Of a stretch of 64,000 nucleotides of DNA, positions 46,975 to 57,244 are shown one piece after another. This stretch comes from a bacterium (GTDB lineage Bacteria; Patescibacteriota; Minisyncoccia; Phycocordibacterales; UBA9973). The notes beneath the pieces were generated by a model. The model saw only the letters and a list, made by a program, of their open reading frames with translations, had not been told where the DNA came from and searched no databases. The stretch covers positions 10,257 through 74,256 of the forward strand of contig JAKAKW010000006.1 of assembly GCA_021824345.1 (NCBI GenBank). Reading direction: 5' to 3'. A program made the position numbers and the translations under genes. Position 1 is the first letter of the stretch. Every line of letters begins with the position of its first letter.

Positions 46975-48489
46975 TTATATGCCGCGCAGTATCTTAATAT
47001 CCGCGCCGATTTTATTGAACCGTTCGGCGATTTCCTCGTATCCGCGATTGATCATGTATACGTTTCGAAGCACTGAAGTGCCCGGCGCGGCCAGCATGGC
47101 TATCATAATTACCATGGAGGGCCGAAGAGCCGGCGGACACACCACCTGGGCGGATTTGAAATCCGTTTTTCCGGTAATATACACGCGGTGCGGGTCGGCC
47201 AGGGTGACGTTCGCTCCCAGGCGGGTAAGCTCTGCCAGATATATGGCTCGATTTTCATAAAACCAGTCGTGAATCAAAGTCGTACCCTCCGCCCGAGCGG
47301 CAATGGGAGCAAAAAAAGGTAAATTGTCGATATTTATCCCCGGGAAAGGATTGGCATGCAGTTTTTCCTCCGGCGCTTTTAACTTGCTTGGAAAAATTTC
47401 AAGATCAACCAATTTTGTGCGGTTATTCTTGAAAAGATATTGTTTAAGCACTTTGTATTTCAGCCCCATTTTTTTCAGCTTGTATAATTCCAAGGTCAAA
47501 AAGTCAATCGGGCATCTTCGAATGATCAGATGCGAATCGGTGGCGATTGCGGCTGAAATAAACATCATAGACTCAATCGGATCCTCGCTGTTCCAATATT
47601 CCGCATTCTTTTTAATTTCCTTTAACCCGTGCACTTTTAAGGTGCCGGTGCCTATACCTTCTATTTTCACACCCAGGGTTTCCAAAAAGTAGCAAATCTC
47701 CTGTACCATATAATTTCCGCTGGCGCATTCAATCACCGTTTCGCCCGGCGTCAAAGCGGCGGCCATAAGGACGTTTTCAGTGGCGGTATCCCCGGATTCG
47801 TACATTACAATTCCCGCAGGCTTGATCTTCTCCGCCGAAACCTCATAGCTGTTGTTGGTAGTTCTAATTTTAATGCCCATTTCCTCCAATGCGTACTTGT
47901 GGGCGCTTATTGTGCGCTTTCCCAGCTTGCATCCTTCGGCATGGGGCAAGGAAAAGCTTTTTAAATAGTGCACCAGGGGCCCCATAAACATTATTATTGA
48001 ACGCGTCTTAAGAGAGGATTCCACGTTAATATTTTTCAACTTGAATGCCTTGGGAGGAGTGACTTCTAGGCAGTTCTTGCCGGTCCATTCCACTTTTACT
48101 CCGATGCTTTCCAAAATTTCGATAACTCGGTATACCTCCTCAATATGAGCAATGCCGTGCAAAACGGTTTTCCCGCGGTTAAGAAGGGAAGCGCACAAGA
48201 GTCCCACTGATCCGTTCTTGGAATATGCGGTGGTAATTTCTCCGTGCAGTTTTTTCCCGCCGTTAATTTCAAAATCCAATGATGTTCCGACCGATACCAC
48301 ATTTCTTTCCAGCACTTCGCCCACTTTCTGCAAGATATCCGTGGTGAAGTTCTGCTGGCCCTTTTCCATGCGGGCCACCGCGCTCTGGGAAGTGCCCAAG
48401 GCCCTGGCAAAATCCCCCTGGGTCATGTCCTTGCGTTCGCGCAATTGCTTGATAAAACTGCCTATCTCTTTTTGTGATGAGTTTTTCAT
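46975..48489 (-). CDS. murA: XRE-family HTH domain fused to UDP-N-acetylglucosamine 1-carboxyvinyltransferase (MurA)
   Basis: N-terminal residues about 8-65 form an XRE HTH (IKQLRERKDMTQGDFARALGTSQSAVARMEKGQ). The rest is an EPT-fold MurA (LHGEITTAYSKNGSVGLL..., a candidate active-site Cys in AEGCKLGKRT by inference, and ...RGYEEIAERFNKIGADIKILRG). The reading frame is continuous. Confidence 0.75.
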   Translation of the reverse strand: MKNSSQKEIGSFIKQLRERKDMTQGDFARALGTSQSAVARMEKGQQNFTTDILQKVGEVLERNVVSVGTSLDFEINGGKKLHGEITTAYSKNGSVGLLCASLLNRGKTVLHGIAHIEEVYRVIEILESIGVKVEWTGKNCLEVTPPKAFKLKNINVESSLKTRSIIMFMGPLVHYLKSFSLPHAEGCKLGKRTISAHKYALEEMGIKIRTTNNSYEVSAEKIKPAGIVMYESGDTATENVLMAAALTPGETVIECASGNYMVQEICYFLETLGVKIEGIGTGTLKVHGLKEIKKNAEYWNSEDPIESMMFISAAIATDSHLIIRRCPIDFLTLELYKLKKMGLKYKVLKQYLFKNNRTKLVDLEIFPSKLKAPEEKLHANPFPGINIDNLPFFAPIAARAEGTTLIHDWFYENRAIYLAELTRLGANVTLADPHRVYITGKTDFKSAQVVCPPALRPSMVIMIAMLAAPGTSVLRNVYMINRGYEEIAERFNKIGADIKILRGI

Positions 48490-48547
48490 ATAATATTTCT
48501 TATTGCTAAGAATGGATATTATATATCATATATGATATAATGCAAGT

Positions 48548-49021
48548 ATGAATAGGCCGGACTTTAAAGTTAGTGTGTTTGGAATCATAATCAATGATCA
48601 AGACCAAGTACTTCTGTGCTTGCGAAATGATTATGACGTTTGGAATCTACCCGGAGGCGGGCTCGAAAAAGGTGAAGCACCATGGGAAGGTGTAATCAGG
48701 GAAATAACAGAAGAAACCGGGATAAATGTAAATGTATCTAGACTGGTTGGAGTTTATAGTAAGCCTCAAAAAGATGAAATCGTCTTCATATTTGAATGCA
48801 GTGTTGTTGGTGGTAAATTAACTTTGACTGACGAGGCCCGTGACATTAAATATTTTTCCAAGGAAAAAATACCCTCAAATACAGTTGAAAAACAAGTAGA
48901 ACGAATTAATGATTATTTTAATAGTGCTGTGCTAACACTTAAAAAGCAGACAGGACCCTCGTTCTTGGAAACTATTCAGAAAGATAAATTACCATCTCCT
49001 AAAGAGACGCCCGTTACGTAG
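48548..49021 (+). CDS. NUDIX hydrolase
   Basis: Nudix box LPGGGLEKGEAPWEGVIREITEETGI. Confidence 0.85.
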   Translation: MNRPDFKVSVFGIIINDQDQVLLCLRNDYDVWNLPGGGLEKGEAPWEGVIREITEETGINVNVSRLVGVYSKPQKDEIVFIFECSVVGGKLTLTDEARDIKYFSKEKIPSNTVEKQVERINDYFNSAVLTLKKQTGPSFLETIQKDKLPSPKETPVT

Positions 49022-49059
49022 GATAGTACAATTTTATCATTGATATGCACCATTTAGGT

Positions 49060-49144
49060 GCCGGAGGTGGGACTTGAACCCACAAGAGGTTGCCCTCGCG
49101 CGATTTTGAGTCGCGAATGTTTACCAATTTCATCACTCCGGCCT
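49060..49144 (-). tRNA. tRNA-Leu (anticodon CAA), long variable arm
   Basis: The reverse complement folds with acceptor GCCGGAG/CTCCGGC, anticodon stem-loop CGCGA-CTCAAAA-TCGCG, a 15-nt extra arm, T arm GTGGG-TTCAAGT-CCCAC and discriminator A. Confidence 0.8.
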
Positions 49145-49246
49145 TTCAGCAAACTTTTGCCGCGTTGACGGCAATTCACACATATTACACAGAAATCGCC
49201 CCAAAATCAATTACAAAAAAAGTTTGCGATGTGCTAAAATCAATCC

Positions 49247-50236
49247 ATGTCTAATTTGTATTCAAATTCGATTTTCTGGATTGATACTGACAAGATCAAG
49301 CCGAATCCCTACCAGCCCAGGAGGGATTTTGACGAGGAGCGCCTGCGCGACCTGTCTGATTCAATAAAGCAATACGGAGTACTTCAGCCCCTGACTGTTT
49401 CTCGCTTGGAAATTGCCAAGGAAGACGGAGGGATTTTGGCTGAATACGAATTAATTGCCGGCGAACGCAGATTGCGGGCCGCAAAGATGGCCGGGGTTTC
49501 CCAAGTACCTGTAATAATCCGAGTCGGAGACAGCTCCATGATGAAACTGGAGCTTGCCATACTGGAGAACCTGCAGCGCGAGGATCTGAACGTGGTGGAT
49601 CGCGCCCGCGCTTTTTTCCGCCTTGCCAACGAATTCAAATTCACCCACAACGAGATCGCCAAGAAGCTCGGCCGAAGCAGGGAATACGTTTCAAACTCTC
49701 TCCGCATTCTTGCCTTGCCGGAGGAAATCCTGAATGCAGTTTCTGCCGGAAAAGTCACGGAAGGGCATACCAGGCCATTGCTCATGCTTGCAGATCATCC
49801 TGAAGAGCAAACGGTTCTATTTAAGGAAATACTATACAAGCGAATTACCGTCCGCGAAGCGGAAAGGATTTCCCGCAAGATTGCCACCGACCGGGTGCGC
49901 AAGAAGGAATTCATGCCCGATCCGGAGATTACCGAACTTGAGGGGGAATTTCAGGAAAAGCTCGGTACAAGAGTGCATATCGATAGGAGCGAAATCGGAG
50001 GACAGGTAAAAATTGATTTTTTTTCCACAGAGGATTTGCGCACTATTCTGGAAATGATAAGGAAAACCGAAGAATCAAAAAAGCCTTCCGAAATGCTGGA
50101 TAATCACATAGCAAGGGAATCAGGCCTTAATAACCCCGAAGGAAATCCCGATCAAGAAGCCGCAGAGGATAAGCCCTCCGAACCGCTCGGCCCGGATGAC
50201 TCCGGATTATACGACATATCGAGTTTCAGCATATAG
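49247..50236 (+). CDS. parB: ParB/Spo0J-family partition protein
   Basis: ParB box (IKPNPYQPRRDFDEERLRDLSDSIKQYGVLQPLTV; LIAGERRLRAAKMAG) and HTH. Confidence 0.85.
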   Translation: MSNLYSNSIFWIDTDKIKPNPYQPRRDFDEERLRDLSDSIKQYGVLQPLTVSRLEIAKEDGGILAEYELIAGERRLRAAKMAGVSQVPVIIRVGDSSMMKLELAILENLQREDLNVVDRARAFFRLANEFKFTHNEIAKKLGRSREYVSNSLRILALPEEILNAVSAGKVTEGHTRPLLMLADHPEEQTVLFKEILYKRITVREAERISRKIATDRVRKKEFMPDPEITELEGEFQEKLGTRVHIDRSEIGGQVKIDFFSTEDLRTILEMIRKTEESKKPSEMLDNHIARESGLNNPEGNPDQEAAEDKPSEPLGPDDSGLYDISSFSI

Positions 50237-50243
50237 GCCGGTG

Positions 50244-51758
50244 TTATTTTCCCCGGCCCAAAGATTTTAATTTTGCGAGCAGGCTGTTTTTTTCCAGGTA
50301 AGAGCGCACATGCTTCCGCGCAATATTCGTCCTCGAATGGTCCAGCCACTTGCCGGAAGGGTGAGCGTCCTTTTTTGCGATTATTTCCACGATATCTCCG
50401 TTCTTAAGCTTGGAAAGTATTTGGGACATTTTCCCGTTTATTTTTACCCCGCTTATATGGTCGCCGATGTCGGAATGAATGGCATAGGCGAAATCAACCG
50501 GACTGGAATTTTCCGGCAAGTCTATTACGTCTCCTTTTGGAGTAAAGATGAAAATGCGGTCGCTGAAAAAATCAGTTTTCAAATTTTCAAGGAATTTTTT
50601 CGGCTCCTCGGGCGCGTAATTGAAGGCTTTCAATTCTTCTATCCATTTGAATTTTGATTTTTTATCCAAGGGACTTTTTTTATCGCCTTCTTTGTATGTA
50701 AAATGGGCGGCAATACCATACTCCGCTTCCTGATGCATCTTTTTTGTTTTAATTTGAATTTCGGCTATTCCTCCCGAACCCGTAAAAACGGTGGTATGCA
50801 GGGAACGATATCCGTTAGGCTTAGGAACGGCAATGTAATCCTTTATACGGCCCAAGAGAGGCCGCCACAACGAATGGACTATTCCCAGGATCCTATAGCA
50901 TTCCTCCACTGTATCCACCACAACTCTCAATGCCACGATATCGTATATTTTTTCAATATCCATGTCATGCTTAAGCAGTTTTCTCCAAATACTGTAATTA
51001 TGCTTCAAGCGGTAGGTTATTTCCGCCTTAATCTTGTTAGCCTTCAGTTCTCCCTCGAGCGCGGAGCGGAACTCATTCAGGTTTTTTTCGTAAATCTCCT
51101 TCTTTCCCTTGATAAGTTCCTGAACTTCCGCGTATTCCTTCGGGTATGCGAAGGGGAAAGCGGCATCTTCAAGGTCTCCCTTCAGCCTTCCCATGCCCAA
51201 CCGATCGGCCAAAGGCGCGTATACCTCAATCGCTTCCAAGGCGATTCTTTTGCGTTTGTCCTCACGCACATACTGAAGAGTGCGCAAATTATGCAGGCGG
51301 TCGGCCAGCTTCACCACAACAACCCGGAGATCGTTGGTCATGGCTAAAAAGAATTTTCGCAATGATTCAACATGGCGCTCGTGCCCGCGGTATTTCAGCT
51401 TTCCAAGCTTTGTTACGCCTTCCACTATAAAAGTAATTTCCTCGCCGAAGTTCCGGTCCATTGATTCCTTCGTGACGTTGGCATCTTCCATTACGTCATG
51501 CAAAAGCCCCGCAGATATTGTTTTTGCGTCCATGCCCAGGCGGGCGATGTTTTTTGCGGTTTCAAAAGGGTGAATAAAATACGGCTCGCCGCTCATTCTT
51601 TTTTGCCCTTCGTGAGCCTTTTCAGCGAAGTCATAGGCTTTTGCGATGAGCTTTTTGTCTCTTTCGCTTAGATCGCTGGCCAGGTTTAATATCTCCTGAA
51701 CGTTGGGCATAGTCTGCACATTATAGCATAAACTTAAAGGTGCGAAGATCCGGAACAT
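50244..51758 (-). CDS. rel: Bifunctional (p)ppGpp synthetase/hydrolase Rel/SpoT (HD + synthetase + TGS, short form)
   Basis: HD domain (HDVMED), synthetase domain (RVVVDTVEECYRILGIVHSLWRP) and a TGS-like C-terminus. Confidence 0.85.
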   Translation of the reverse strand: MFRIFAPLSLCYNVQTMPNVQEILNLASDLSERDKKLIAKAYDFAEKAHEGQKRMSGEPYFIHPFETAKNIARLGMDAKTISAGLLHDVMEDANVTKESMDRNFGEEITFIVEGVTKLGKLKYRGHERHVESLRKFFLAMTNDLRVVVVKLADRLHNLRTLQYVREDKRKRIALEAIEVYAPLADRLGMGRLKGDLEDAAFPFAYPKEYAEVQELIKGKKEIYEKNLNEFRSALEGELKANKIKAEITYRLKHNYSIWRKLLKHDMDIEKIYDIVALRVVVDTVEECYRILGIVHSLWRPLLGRIKDYIAVPKPNGYRSLHTTVFTGSGGIAEIQIKTKKMHQEAEYGIAAHFTYKEGDKKSPLDKKSKFKWIEELKAFNYAPEEPKKFLENLKTDFFSDRIFIFTPKGDVIDLPENSSPVDFAYAIHSDIGDHISGVKINGKMSQILSKLKNGDIVEIIAKKDAHPSGKWLDHSRTNIARKHVRSYLEKNSLLAKLKSLGRGK

Positions 51759-51862
51759 TCCCTCGCGGGGTCGCTGTCTGGCCCTGCTGGGCCAGCGCTG
51801 CCTCTCGGCCCGTCGGCCTGCGAGACACCCCGCTCAGGAAGTTCCTGACCTTCGCAATTGAA

Positions 51863-54118
51863 TTACTTGCCTTTCTTGTGAGGATTATGATTCGGGCAGG
51901 CTTTATTGCTGCATCTTTCGGGAATAGTCTTTGTGCCTTCCATCATGAGCGAACCGCACTCGGGGCAGATATTTCCGGTGGGCTTTGCTTTCATTGCGAA
52001 TTTGCAGTCAGGATAGTTGGAACAGGAATAAAAAATTCCAAACCGCCCTCTGCGCTCGGTAATGTCGCCGCTCTTGCATTCCGGACATTGGACCCCGGTT
52101 CTTTTGCGCGCTTCCTCCGCTTCGTCCTTTTTAATAAATTTGCATTTCGGATAACGCGAGCATGATATGAAGGTGCCAGTTCCGTCCCGGCGTTCGCGCA
52201 CGACCAATTTTCCCCCATGTTTTTCTCCGCACTCGGGGCACATTTCCCCGGTTTCCTCCGGTCCTTTAATTTCACTGCCATCCAAGGTCAGCGCTCCGTC
52301 GCAATCCGGATATTTGGAGCACGAATAGAATTTTCCTCCGCGGGACAGCTTGATTATCATCGGACTGCCGCACTTCGGGCATTTAATGTGCTCCGGTGCG
52401 TCGCCGAGATTGGTGGCCTTTTCCAGCTTCTCTTTTGATTTGAGTTCCTTCTGAAAAGGAGTGTAAAAATCGGAAAGCGTTTTTTCATATGCTCGCTCGC
52501 CTCGGGCGATTTCGTCCAACTCGTCCTCCATTTCAGCCGTAAATGTATCGGAAATATACTTTGCAAAGTGATTTTCAAGGAAATCCGAAACCACTTCGCC
52601 GGTATCGGTGGGGAAAAGCGTTCTGCCTTCCTTGCGCACATACTGCCGATCCTCAAGAGTTTTCATAATGGATGCATAGGTGGAGGGGCGTCCTATGCCT
52701 CTTGCTTCAAGTTCTTTCACTAATCCGGCCTCGGTATATCTCCCGGGCGGTTCGGTAAATTTTTCTTCGCTGAATAACTCCAAAAGATTCAAATTTTCGC
52801 CCTCCTTTACCGCCGGCAATTCCACGTCCTCTCCGCGCGCCGCTTTATCCGCGGCAAGCCATCCGGGGAAAATTAGGCGGGAACCATTCGCGACGAAGGG
52901 AGGAATGTCTGGATGACCCTCCGCAATTGCCGAAATTTTTGTTCTTAATAGCCGGGCGTCGGCCATTTGCGAGGAAACGGCTCTTTCCCAGATAAGGCGG
53001 TACAATTTGCGCTGTTCATCCGTTCCGATTTCCTCAATCCTGAAATTGGTGGGGCGGATAGCCTCATGAGCCTCCTGGGCGTTTTTTGATTTGGTTTTGT
53101 AATTTCTCGGCTGCGCATATTCGTCTCCGTATTTTCCTTTTACCAGCGAAATTATCTGCGCCTGCGCAATCGCCGCCAAATTGGTGCTGTCGGTGCGCAT
53201 GTAGGTGATATGGCCGGCTTCGTACAGCTTTTGGGCCACGCGCATGGTTCTGGAAGGGGAGAATCCTAAACGCGAACTGGCGGTCTGTTGCAGGGTGGAA
53301 GTGGTGAAAGGAGCGCGCGGGGAACGTTTTTGCTCGGATTCCTTAACGCTTTCCGCAATCCATTTGCTTGTTCTCCCCATGCTTAGAATTTTTTCAACCA
53401 GTTTTTCATCTCTTGGCTCTTCCGAGCAGGCGAGAACGAGCTGTTTCTTCTTTTCCGTCTCAAAATTTCCCCAAATTTTCCAAAACTTTTCGGGAACAAA
53501 TGCTCGAATCTCGCGTTCGCGCTCCATAATGATACGCAAGGCGGGGGATTGCACGCGGCCGGCAGAAAGGCCGTATCTTACTTTTTTCCATATCAAGCCG
53601 GAAAGATCATATCCCACCAGCCTATCCAAAACCCTTCGGGCCTCCTGCGCTTTGCGCAAATTCGTGTCCACGTCCCTGGGATTTTCCATTGCTTCCGCCA
53701 CCGCCTCTTTTGTAATTTCATTGAATGCAACGCGCTTGATCGGGGCCTTCACTTTTTTGTCATCATGCAGGATGGTCTCAATATGCCAGGCAATGGCCTC
53801 TCCCTCACGATCAGGGTCTGTGGCCAGGTAAATCTCCCTTGCTTTTTCCGCCAGGCCCTTTAGCTCGTGCACCACCTTTTCTTTTCCCTTTGAAATCTCG
53901 TAATGCGGCACAAACCCGGCAGGAATATCTATGGCTTTCTTGTTTGATTTCGGCAAATCACGAATATGTCCCACTGACGCTCGCACGGTAAAATCGTCCG
54001 ATTTTGTTTTGGCCGCGTCTCCGAGATACTTTTCTATTGTCTTCGCTTTTGAGGGCGATTCAACAATCAGTAATTTCATATTCCTCCAAGTATTACACCA
54101 ACATGCGCGATTTGGCAA
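51863..54118 (-). CDS. topA: DNA topoisomerase I with C-terminal zinc ribbons
   Basis: TOPRIM N-terminus MKLLIVESPSKAKTIEKYLG, an active-site Tyr region, and three C4 zinc ribbons (CPKCGS..., CPECGEKH..., CPECKSG..., CPECGSL...). Confidence 0.9.
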   Translation of the reverse strand: MPNRACWCNTWRNMKLLIVESPSKAKTIEKYLGDAAKTKSDDFTVRASVGHIRDLPKSNKKAIDIPAGFVPHYEISKGKEKVVHELKGLAEKAREIYLATDPDREGEAIAWHIETILHDDKKVKAPIKRVAFNEITKEAVAEAMENPRDVDTNLRKAQEARRVLDRLVGYDLSGLIWKKVRYGLSAGRVQSPALRIIMEREREIRAFVPEKFWKIWGNFETEKKKQLVLACSEEPRDEKLVEKILSMGRTSKWIAESVKESEQKRSPRAPFTTSTLQQTASSRLGFSPSRTMRVAQKLYEAGHITYMRTDSTNLAAIAQAQIISLVKGKYGDEYAQPRNYKTKSKNAQEAHEAIRPTNFRIEEIGTDEQRKLYRLIWERAVSSQMADARLLRTKISAIAEGHPDIPPFVANGSRLIFPGWLAADKAARGEDVELPAVKEGENLNLLELFSEEKFTEPPGRYTEAGLVKELEARGIGRPSTYASIMKTLEDRQYVRKEGRTLFPTDTGEVVSDFLENHFAKYISDTFTAEMEDELDEIARGERAYEKTLSDFYTPFQKELKSKEKLEKATNLGDAPEHIKCPKCGSPMIIKLSRGGKFYSCSKYPDCDGALTLDGSEIKGPEETGEMCPECGEKHGGKLVVRERRDGTGTFISCSRYPKCKFIKKDEAEEARKRTGVQCPECKSGDITERRGRFGIFYSCSNYPDCKFAMKAKPTGNICPECGSLMMEGTKTIPERCSNKACPNHNPHKKGK

Positions 54119-54119
54119 A

Positions 54120-54986
54120 TCAGCGCAGGCAAATCATTCCCATTTCTTCCTTTATTATTTCTTTGATTTCCATTGCGGAAAGAATAATGTTTGCTCTGGA
54201 AATATTCCAATTTAATCTCCGGATTATTTCATCGCGCGGCAGGGGTTCATGCAGGATTTCGGCTACGGCCTTTTCCTCGGGAGAGAGATCTGACAACGCC
54301 ATTTTTCGCTTTTCCTCATCGTTGGGACGCTCAAAACCCAATGCTTCCAAAACGTCTTCAGGGCAGGTGACCACGATTGCTCCCTGGCGTATCAGGCGGT
54401 TTGTGCCGGCGAAGCCCGGGGTAAAAATCGGACCCGGAATCGCCAAAAGGTCGCGATTGTATTCAAGAGCGAGATTTGCCGTTATTAATGTTCCGGACCT
54501 TTCCGCCGCTTCAATTACCATCGTAGCCCTAGCCATGCCAGCCATCAATCTGTTTCTTTGCGGAAAGCTCCACATTGTTGCCTGGAAATCCGGTTCAAAC
54601 TCGGACAGGAGACATCCTCCCGCGTCAGCTATCTTATTTATAAGATGGGCATTGTTCTTCGGATAGATGGCGGCGCCTGAAAGCCCTGAGCCTGGGAAGG
54701 CGATTGTACGGAGTCCGGCATTCATCGCCGCCTTATGCGCCGCAATGTCAATGCCTAAGGCAAAACCTGAAACAATTATGATCGGATATCCGCGCAGGCC
54801 GGATATGATCCTTTCACACACCTCTCGGCCGTAGGAAGTAATCCTTCGCGAGCCTACCACGCACAAATATATCCAACTGCGTTCGGCTGGAGGAAGGCTT
54901 CCGATTATCCATAAGTCCTTCGGCGGATCCGGAATTTGCATGAGAGCAGCCGGAAAATCCGCTTTTGCAAGTTTTCTTATTTCCAT
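54120..54986 (-). CDS. dprA: DNA processing protein DprA (Smf)
   Basis: Rossmann-like DprA core (IVSGFALGIDIAAHKAAMNAG...TIAFPGSGL). It is co-oriented with topA, leaving a 1-nt gap. Confidence 0.8.
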   Translation of the reverse strand: MEIRKLAKADFPAALMQIPDPPKDLWIIGSLPPAERSWIYLCVVGSRRITSYGREVCERIISGLRGYPIIIVSGFALGIDIAAHKAAMNAGLRTIAFPGSGLSGAAIYPKNNAHLINKIADAGGCLLSEFEPDFQATMWSFPQRNRLMAGMARATMVIEAAERSGTLITANLALEYNRDLLAIPGPIFTPGFAGTNRLIRQGAIVVTCPEDVLEALGFERPNDEEKRKMALSDLSPEEKAVAEILHEPLPRDEIIRRLNWNISRANIILSAMEIKEIIKEEMGMICLR

Positions 54987-55092
54987 ATTGGCTGACGATA
55001 GAATGCGGCGTCGCGCGCCTGGTTTTGTTATTATACGACAATTAATGTATAATTGCTAATACTTAATGTAGACCGCATTTGCGGGTAAAAAA

Positions 55093-56358
55093 ATGTTGGA
55101 CATAAAATTCATCCGGGAGAACAAGGATATAGTGGCGGCCGGAGCAAAAAAGAAAAAAATCAATATCGACTTGGACAAGCTTATCTCTCTGGACGATGAG
55201 CGCTTGAAGATTATGAAAGAAGTGGAGGAACTGCGCAGTGAAATAAACAAGGTATCAAATGATATCGCTCGCGACCAGGACCCGGCTTTAAAGGTTGAAT
55301 TGATTGAAGAGATGCGTTCGGTTAAGGAGGATATCAAGGCAAAAGAGGAGAAACTTAAAGAGGTAATGGACGAGTGGCACAAACTGATGATTGAAGTGCC
55401 GAATGTGCCGGATGTCTCAGTGCCCGAAGGCGAAGATGACAGCCAGAATGCAGAAGTGCGCAGTTGGGGCGAAAAAACAAAATTTGGCTTTGCCCCAAAG
55501 AGCCATGTTCAGCTGCTGGAAGATCTGGATCTCGGTGATCTTGAGAGAGGTGCAAAAGTTTCCGGCTTCCGCGGCTACTTCATGAAAAACGGCGGAGCGT
55601 TGCTTTTCTTCGCGCTTTGGCAGTTCTTTTTGGATTACTTTGTGGAGAAAGGATATACTCCCGTGATCGTTCCTTCTCTGGTGCGAAAGGAAACGCTGTT
55701 CGGTACGGGTTATCTTCCCCAGGGTGAAGCAGACCTTTACAAGACTCAAGACGGAGATTATTTGGCGGGCACTGCGGAGGTGGCCACGATGTCATATTAT
55801 TCCGGAGAAATTCTTCCAAAAGCCTCATTACCGAAAAAGTTTATCGCGTTTTCTCCCTGCTTTAGGCGAGAGGCGGGAGCGCACGGCAAAGACGTGAAAG
55901 GTATAATCAGAGTGCATGAATTTTTTAAGCTGGAGCAGATTGTGCTCTGTGAAGCCAGCCACGAGCTTTCGGCTAAATTGCATGAAGAAATAACCGCTCA
56001 TGTTGAACATTTGATGCAGGAATTAAAGATACCGTATAGAGTGGTGGCAAATTGCGGAGGAGACTTGGGTCTGGGCCAAGTGAAAAAGTATGATATTGAA
56101 GCCTGGATGCCCTCCGAAGAAAAATACAGGGAAACTCATTCTTCCTCATATTTTCATGATTTCCAAACTCGCCGGCTCAATATTCGCTATAAAGACGATG
56201 ATGGAAAAAACAAATACGTACACTCGCTGAATAATACCGCAGTGGCCACCTCTCGATTGCCGGCCGCTATCCTGGAAAACTACCAGCAGGAAGACGGCAG
56301 AGTTCGCATTCCGGAAGTTTTGCGAAAATACATGGGCAATAAGGAATTTATTGGATAA
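55093..56358 (+). CDS. serS: Seryl-tRNA synthetase
   Basis: N-terminal coiled coil (MLDIKFIREN...) and class II aaRS motifs (FRREAGAHGKDVKGIIRVHEF, GLGQ). Confidence 0.9.
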   Translation: MLDIKFIRENKDIVAAGAKKKKINIDLDKLISLDDERLKIMKEVEELRSEINKVSNDIARDQDPALKVELIEEMRSVKEDIKAKEEKLKEVMDEWHKLMIEVPNVPDVSVPEGEDDSQNAEVRSWGEKTKFGFAPKSHVQLLEDLDLGDLERGAKVSGFRGYFMKNGGALLFFALWQFFLDYFVEKGYTPVIVPSLVRKETLFGTGYLPQGEADLYKTQDGDYLAGTAEVATMSYYSGEILPKASLPKKFIAFSPCFRREAGAHGKDVKGIIRVHEFFKLEQIVLCEASHELSAKLHEEITAHVEHLMQELKIPYRVVANCGGDLGLGQVKKYDIEAWMPSEEKYRETHSSSYFHDFQTRRLNIRYKDDDGKNKYVHSLNNTAVATSRLPAAILENYQQEDGRVRIPEVLRKYMGNKEFIG

Positions 56359-56368
56359 GGACGGCAAT

Positions 56369-57235
56369 ATGAGGAAACGCAATGTCCTAAATTCTCCTCG
56401 TCTCCGACAGGTAAAGAAAAAGAAAAGAAAAATTTTCTGGCTGAAGGTTTTGTTTTTTGCCTTGTTGGCCGGATGCGTTTTATCCGGCATAATACTTCTT
56501 GCGCGCTGGCAGAAGCTAAATATCCAATCCGTACAGGTAATCGGGGCGGATGGCGCTGATGCGTCGGCGCTGAAAGGCGCAGTGGAAAAAGAAATTTCCG
56601 GCGATTACCTCCTATTCCTGCCGAAAGCCAATATTTTTATTTATCCTTCCGGCTCCATTCAAAAGAATTTATCCGATTCCTTTAAGATGTTTAAAGACAT
56701 ATCGCTTAAAATTTCCACCTCGGGAGTTTTGGAGGTTTCGGTTACTCCGCGCAAAGGCGCGTATTTATGGTGCGGAGACATGTTTGCCAACGGCGGCGCA
56801 AATCCATGTTATTTCATGGACGATGGCGGATATATTTTTGAGAAGGCTCCGTATTTTTCCGGCAGCGTATATTTTAAGTTCTACGGAAAGCTTGCCAGAG
56901 ATGAAAGCGATCCGGCCGGCGAGAATTATTTATCCGGAATTTTTTCAAAAATCATTTCCTTCAAAAATACTCTTGACCAGATGAACATCAAACCCATGGC
57001 ATTGCAAGGCATGGATAACGGGGAAATGGAGTTCTTTCTGTATTCTCCCAATTCTTCCTCCTCTCTCCCGCCGGCGGTAATTTTTAATTCTTCATCGGAT
57101 TTTACAAAACTGGCGGAAAACCTGCAGACGGCTCTTTCCACTGAGCCTTTAAAATCCGAATACCGGAAAAAATATGCATCTCTTCAATATATTGACTTGC
57201 GGTACGGAAACAAGGTTTATTATAAGTTCAAATAA
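56369..57235 (+). CDS. Membrane-anchored protein, possibly FtsQ/DivIB-like (POTRA)
   Basis: Basic N-terminus and a single TM helix (VLFFALLAGCVLSGIILLA), followed by an extracytoplasmic domain (LNIQSVQVIGADGA...). The assignment is weak. Confidence 0.35.
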   Translation: MRKRNVLNSPRLRQVKKKKRKIFWLKVLFFALLAGCVLSGIILLARWQKLNIQSVQVIGADGADASALKGAVEKEISGDYLLFLPKANIFIYPSGSIQKNLSDSFKMFKDISLKISTSGVLEVSVTPRKGAYLWCGDMFANGGANPCYFMDDGGYIFEKAPYFSGSVYFKFYGKLARDESDPAGENYLSGIFSKIISFKNTLDQMNIKPMALQGMDNGEMEFFLYSPNSSSSLPPAVIFNSSSDFTKLAENLQTALSTEPLKSEYRKKYASLQYIDLRYGNKVYYKFK

Positions 57236-57244
57236 AGGACAACC

